64,000 bases of DNA from assembly GCF_009914755.1 (NCBI RefSeq), contig NC_060947.1. One strand, written 5' to 3'. Under the pieces are notes generated by a model. The model was not told the DNA's origin and did no database searches. It worked only from the letters and a program-made list of their open reading frames with translations. The DNA is from the human T2T-CHM13v2.0 reference genome, Homo sapiens. The position numbers were made by a program, and so were the translations under genes. The stretch's first letter is position 1. Each line of letters begins with the position of its first letter. Shown here in pieces: positions 56,940-64,000 of this stretch.

Positions 56940-57640
56940 TTGGTGCTATCCTTGGTTTTTCCTCTCCTACTGCCTCTGATATCTAATCCATCAATTCCTA
57001 TTAGTTTTATCTCAAAATTGACCCTGTCTCTGTCCATAAGTCTTCTGTCAGCCTCTTTATTGCAAGCTTCCCCACTGGTCTCTCATTCATTCTCCACACA
57101 GCAGCGAAAGCCACTACTTTACAGTAAATGGTGTGAATCATTCTTCTGCTTAAAACTGCTCAATGACTTCCTGGAATCAAGTCCAAACTCCTTATCATGG
57201 CCGCCTAAGGCCAGTATATATAACTGGACCTTGCTTCTTTCTCTGATCTCATGTCCTGCCACTTCCCTTTCGGGTCGCGTACCAAGCTCATTTTCATCTT
57301 GGAACCTTGACTCTTGGTCATCTCTCTCTACTCCAAAGCTCTTTCTCTGCATCATGGTTTCTGCCTTCTCATCTCTAAGGTCTCGGATGCCACCTCCCTA
57401 AAGAAACCATCTTGCCCGATGTAGCCCCAAGTCAATCTCTCTTAAATCTCTCTATTCTATTTATTTTATACCAGGGAGCGCCATCTGAATTACTTGTTTA
57501 TTTATTTGTTTGCTTCTCCACCTCCCCCAACCCCATTACAAGTTTCAAAAGAGCTCCTATCTGACTCAGTGCAATATCCAACATCCTAAGTTGGATCCTG
57601 GTGTATAATTCATGCTGTTTACAGATTTACTGAATGATAG
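56940..57640 (+). mobile_element. L2 LINE fragment
   Basis: cattctccacacagcagc...tctgcttaaaactgctcaatgacttcc...agtccaaactcctt. Confidence 0.75.
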
Positions 57641-57714
57641 TATATTAATATGTCAAGATTCATGGCAGGTATCAAAAAATTAATTTATTGAAGCATTCAG
57701 TCTCAAACATTTTC

Positions 57715-58334
<620 letters not shown>

Positions 58335-58655
58335 ATGTCTCAAACATTTTCATCTTGTGAAGCTATTTAAGTTTCCTGAAAATCACCTCACTCTTCTTGT
58401 ACTCCTCTTCCTTAAAACCAACCCAATGGTCTCAGGCTTTTCTGCTCATTCAAGTCACATTTCCTCCCAGTAAACTTAATTTTGGTAAAATATTCAACAG
58501 TTCAGGAGAGATACATAAATCATGCTTGAACTGCCTTGCAAATAGCAAAGGAACTGACTGGCCATGTGCTATGATTTCAAGGGTTTTGGGAAGCATCTAC
58601 CTCCAACTACTGGTCCTCACTGAGTCTTGAAATCCCACATTTAGAGTTTTAATTT

Positions 58656-58760
58656 CTTTTTTTTAAATTAAACAACAGAAATTTATTTTCTCACAATTAT
58701 GGTGGTTGGAAGTTCAAGATCACAGTGTTGGCAGGGTTGGCTTCTTCTGACTGCTGTCCT
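58656..58760 (-). mobile_element. Short MLT1/MST LTR fragment with A-rich tail
   Basis: ttaaacaacagaaatttattttctcacaatt...ggaagttcaagatcacagtgttggcagggttgg. Confidence 0.8.
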
Positions 58761-59199
58761 CATTAGAATTTTATTTAAGTTTTGACTCATGTTAAGATAG
58801 AAATACTCTCGGAATGATTAATGCTTTAAACTTGTCCAGCCACTTAGATGTAAGGTCTGAGGATCTTAAAAGGTATTTTGGGAAGGAAAAAAGAGCAAAC
58901 GTCAGAATACCAGGAATCTAAAATACAGGCAGAAGAGCCACCTGGAGGGTGGGGACCATTCGGAAATCCTGATCTGCTTGTAAGGCCGGTGTTAGTCTAA
59001 CCTATAGCATTCTGGTTCTTTTCTGGCTCGGCTCCTACTGTAAATTTAAACATCCCATTTAATCATTATGCAAAAAAAAATTAAGAGATTTAGCTGGGTG
59101 ATCTCTAAACAATTCTAGATCAGTGATTCTATACTCCATAATTTTATTCACAATCAACCCTTTCTACTACTCACAGATGCTAGAAAATATTAGAAAGCA

Positions 59200-59335
59200 G
59201 ATGTAATTAAATGTTCACACCACAAAAATGAGAACTATGTGAGGTAAGGCATTTGTTAACTAGTTAGATTGACCCTTGCACAATGTATATATACTTCAAA
59301 ACATCATGTTATAAACAATTAAAACATAATTTTAA
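59200..59335 (+). mobile_element. L1MA 3' end fragment
   Basis: caccacaaaaatgagaactatgtgaggtaa...acaatgtatatatacttcaaaacatcatgtt. Confidence 0.85.
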
Positions 59336-61720
59336 AAAGCCAGTATGATTTCTACAAATACAATAACATGGGACCAAACAGCAACAGACCTCGAGTTCAC
59401 CACATATTTTATATATTTATAATTTCACATATACTCACAGTGTTTCATTCCACATCTATTCCCAAACTTGAATGCATGTGCATGCACAAACAACATATAC
59501 ATCACCTCCTTCACTGAGAAATTACAGCACCATTATTTATTCAAAGGCACTAACTCTGACAAGAGTGAAACAGAAGGTACTTCTCTATTATATAGTGTCT
59601 ATTTTCTGATTTTCTTTGTTATATTTCATTGTATTTATTAATATTAGGTTAAGCAAGAATGTACAAAGCCATAGCAGGTTGGGAAGGTTATCAAGAGACC
59701 ACCTATTCTTTTTCTTCAATTCAATCTCTTTTCAGATTAATCATTCTTGGCTATTCTGTTTTTTAAGTAATTTACTTTTTCTTTTCACTTACTCACCTAA
59801 TTAATCTATTAACAGAGTGTCAACAATTGCTGTTTCACTAAACCAGTAAAAGACAACTGCTTTGGTGATAATGTTTTATTTTCAAGCAGGTCATGATTAT
59901 ACTTATCACATTATTACACTTACTACATTTATTACTTATCATATTTATTGCAATAATCATTATCACAAAAATGATCCATTGATTCTAACTCTCAGGAGGC
60001 ACTCAATAAATATTTAGTCAATGAGTGAATAAATGCAATATTGGAATTAAAACATACTCTCAACATTTCAACCAAATGCTTTATTACAAAGCATGGGGGA
60101 AGGAAGCATAGGGTTGGACTTTGTGCACTGAAACAGTTATATATTTTCCGTAGCACTAAATCTTTTTCTCATTAAAATGCATATAATGTGCAGCTATTGC
60201 TCCAGGAGGACCTGCTGTATCCTGTTAAAATTACCGTCACCAATCTGTGGATTAGCTAACAGTAGGGGAGGATATGGCTGATGTTTGTCTGTGTGTGTGT
60301 ATTTTGATGATTGAAGAAAAGAAGTAATGGGGATTAACATTCTGCTTTTACAAGTATAATTGTAAGTTTAACACAGGGACAACTTTATTTTTAGTGTAAT
60401 ACATCTGTGAATTATGAATTATGATATGTTCAGGTCATGCTTTTTTGCATTCATTTTTTACTTTTATGGAGTTGGAGTAAACTAACCCAATCTATGAATG
60501 AAATTCAAAACTGTACTTGAAAATGAAGGAAAACGGCATTATTTTTCAAATATTGAGTATAAATTATCACAACTTCGTTAAAAAAAAAGATACTTTAGAA
60601 GTATACTTAACTTAGTCTATTACTTCTCCAAATAGATGTTTTAAATGTTTTAAGCATCTGCTGTAAAAATTAACCTAGGCCAATTTGGATATTCAGCAAT
60701 TATCACGTTATTAGAGCAAAGTTTGGTAGAATTCTACAATTAGAGACAGGTGGATGATTCATGGCAACCTTTTCTCCATAATCTTGCTACCAGGTGGTAT
60801 GCTAAAATTAAAGCAAGCCTGAGATTAAATAGACCAAATTCTGTCAAATGTACCAACATTTAGTCGCAAATAGGGCACAAAAGCAGTTATTGAACTTAAG
60901 CCTTCAAGTTCTCAGTCTCAATCTGTAGGAACTTCCACAAATACCCTTCCAAGAGAGGTTCATTATGAGGAAGATCAGCCAGCCTTCTGAGTTACATCAG
61001 GGACAGAATCTTCCATTAAATCGAATAGAGGGTAGACCAAAGGGAGTTTAGACCTAGACCTAGTGTACTTACCTGATGGTATTAGACTTCTAGCCTTGAT
61101 GAGTCTTATGCCTCATTCATGATAAGGCTCATAAAATCTATATAGCAACTGAACATTTTGAACACCACTCATTTCATCAACAAGTAATGATTTCAAGCAT
61201 GCCTTTTGTGAATTAATGAAACCTCTCTGTAGATTTTGATAATGATACTTGAAATTCTTGGGTGGCATTTTTAGAGTACAGATTCTGGATTAGGGAACAT
61301 AAAATTCTAACCACCTTAGGAGTAGGAATCAAAGTTAATATACAGATACGTAACTTACAGTGAAGTATTTTAAAGTAAATTAGCACATCTGTTGCACAAT
61401 AGCTTTCCGGATAGGTTTGAACTATAATGTTACATCCACATTACGGAGATATTAATTGAAATAAGTAATACTTCATAGATATCCTATACATGTTATATAT
61501 CTATATCTAAATCATCTATATCTATCTATTACATATTTATCACCTATTTACCTATCTCTATACACATATCATTGTAGGAGTAGAAATCACAGAAAATGAG
61601 ATCATTTGAACCAATGGCCTGGTTTGTGTCATTTAAATAATCTTAAATTTCAACCATATAAACTCTCAGATACTCAAATAATGCAAATTCTGCAGGTATC
61701 TGGAGTAATCGCTTCCAACA

Positions 61721-62014
61721 TTTTTTGTTTTTGAGACAGGGTCTCACTCTGTCACCCAGGCTGGAGTGTAGTGGCACAATCTCGGCTCACTGTAGACTCA
61801 ACCTCCTGGGCTCAAGTGATCCTCCCACCTCAGCCTCCTGAGTAACTGAGACTACAGGCACGTGCCTCCACACCCAGCTAATTTTTGTATTTTTAGTAAA
61901 GACGGGTTTGTGCTGTGTTGCCCAGGCTGGTCTCGAACTCCTGGACTCAAGCGATCCACCTGCCTCAGCCTCCCAGAGTGCTGGGATTTTAGGCATGAGC
62001 CGCTGGGGCTGGCT
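61721..62014 (-). mobile_element. AluJ
   Basis: gagacagggtctcactctg...ctcctgggctcaagtgatcctccc. Confidence 0.93.
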
Positions 62015-62599
62015 TCTTTCAACTTTTAACTCTGTTGACTGCATATAACTTTTTCATATTTAAGAAATGTGTTGGTTGTTGAAGAAGACCAAGTCTGAAC
62101 TCAAACTGGGTTCTTAGAAAGCTTTGAAAGGAAAACAGGGACAAATTAAGTGTCTGCCTCTGCCCAAAGGGGAAGTCCCTAAAAGAGAAAAGTTTAAAGA
62201 CATCAAGAATAGTTCTGATGCTTGCCTAAAAGTTAAGTCTAGAAGTAGAGTAATAAGTAAAGTTTCTTGGAACCTTTTCAATCCAGCTAGAGAGATACAT
62301 TATGACCACTGATAATGGTGTGCTTTCTACCTCTCAGTTTACCCTTTGTAAATAACTCAAATGGTTTGCTTTGAACTGGCATATTTATTTATTTTCCCTC
62401 TGGGAAACCACCTCTACTCATATTCCCGAATAAACTGTTTTCCTATAATCAGCTATGTATGAAGGCTTTAGATATCAACAGAACTTTCCATAATATCTCT
62501 TTTAAGGTGAAAGGTTCAGAATAAATCTACCTAAGATTAAATGCTCCTTAGGTGGAACCACTGAGCCTCATGCTACCTACATGCCTATGACAAACAAAT

Positions 62600-63570
62600 T
62601 TTTATTTCATATGCATACTCTGCTGAACAATGACTTATATATCCAAATACCTACTAGAAATCTACTCCTGAAAATCCAGCAGACAATTCAACCACAACAT
62701 TCAAAGCAAAAATAATGGTTTCTTGCCCAGCCCATTCTTCCCCATCTCAATTAATGTTTGCAACACACCCACTGTGACTCAAGCCAGATACCTAAGAGTC
62801 ATTCTCTATTTCTCTCCAGCCCTTATACCCAACAGCCAATCTATCATCATTTCTTGTGAGTTCTACCTCTGCAGCTATTCTTCCAGTGCAAGCCTCCATC
62901 ACCTCTCACCTAGAATGTTGTATTTGTTATATTTTAGGCCTCCTTTCTTTCTACTCTAGCTCTGTTTCTTTGGTCAACACAGCAAATGAATGATAATTAA
63001 AAGAAAATGAAAGGATCATATCACTTCCTTATTTAAAACTCTCTTTTAGCTTCTGTCTAAACATGGAAGGATCAAAATCCCTACTAATGCCCTGCAAATC
63101 CTGCATCTCCAATCTCAGTTTCTCACATCCCATCAATTTCCTGTTCACTCTGGCCACACAGTCTTTCCTCTTGTTTCAAATGGAAAATTGACATAGCCCA
63201 GGCTTAGGAGCTTTGCACTCACTGTTGCCTCTGCCTGGAAAACTCTGGCCTCTGAGAGTCACCTGTGTGGTTCCTTGATATCCAGGTCTCAGCTCAACTT
63301 TTACACTACTGTGAGAACATCCTTACCACCTTTTCTTAAGTAGCTCAGCAATGCCCCCAGGCAGGCACTCTCTGCATCCTTACCAACCTTCTATTTTCCA
63401 GGGGATTTTTTACTAAGTAAAAGTTTCTTGTTTATTTAGTTGTTTGGTTACTGTCCTTCTACTCTAATTATAATGTAAATTCCCTAAAGTCAAAGATTTT
63501 GCTTCTCTTCCGTTGTACTCTACTTGCCTTGGCACATGGCAGGAGCCCAATGTGTTTCATAAGGAAATTA
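62600..63570 (+). mobile_element. L2 LINE
   Basis: caagccagatacctaagagtcattct...gcactcactgttgcctctgcctggaa...gtctcagctcaa...ttggcacatggcagg. Confidence 0.8.
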
Positions 63571-63809
63571 AGATTCCTACCTGGTAAGGTTATTCTTTCA
63601 AGAAAAGGAGAATCCAAGTGACCTTTTTCCAAAGTGGTTGAGGTCCTTGGTATCTTGCTGACTTGGCAGAACTGTTCTGAGAGCCTCAGAAATTGAACCA
63701 CGTTATTTAAATTCAACTCTGAATGTAAAGAGTCACCAAGGGGCCACTAGGATGAATCCCAGCATCTCTCATTTCCTCAGGCCCCCTCATCCTTCTGTTT
63801 GTTAAATCA

Positions 63810-64000
<191 letters not shown>

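Noticed and set aside
56940-57401. 153-aa Ser/Leu-rich ORF
   Set aside because: Pyrimidine-rich L2 body; composition explains the open frame
61066-61075. tacttacctg matching the U1 snRNA 5' end
   Set aside because: Homology stops after 10 nt; it is only the complement of a donor consensus

Overview
AT-rich, CpG-poor primate genomic DNA, almost certainly human, because it carries an AluYa5 with all five diagnostic bases at 49212-49510. It looks intronic or intergenic. I found no credible protein-coding exon, CpG island or promoter, and the ORF track is explained by Alu/L1/L2/LTR remnants and chance ORFs. I cannot name a host gene. Recognisable content is about 20 Alu/FLAM/FRAM copies, many MIR, L2 and old L1 fragments, MaLR LTRs (MLT1, THE1), hAT elements (MER5, Charlie-like), micro- and minisatellites, and a tailless 5'-U2 snRNA retropseudogene. 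The most notable structures are a 31-bp exact non-TE repeat 4.7 kb apart, a 192-bp tandem duplication, a THE1 LTR nested in an Alu monomer, a trimeric Alu under one TSD, a likely L1-retroposed LTR-transcript fragment, hairpin or palindromic minisatellites, and TE-poor blocks that may be enhancers. I see no evidence of a new multi-gene system. Repeat subfamily calls come from remembered consensus sequences, and boundaries of old elements are approximate.
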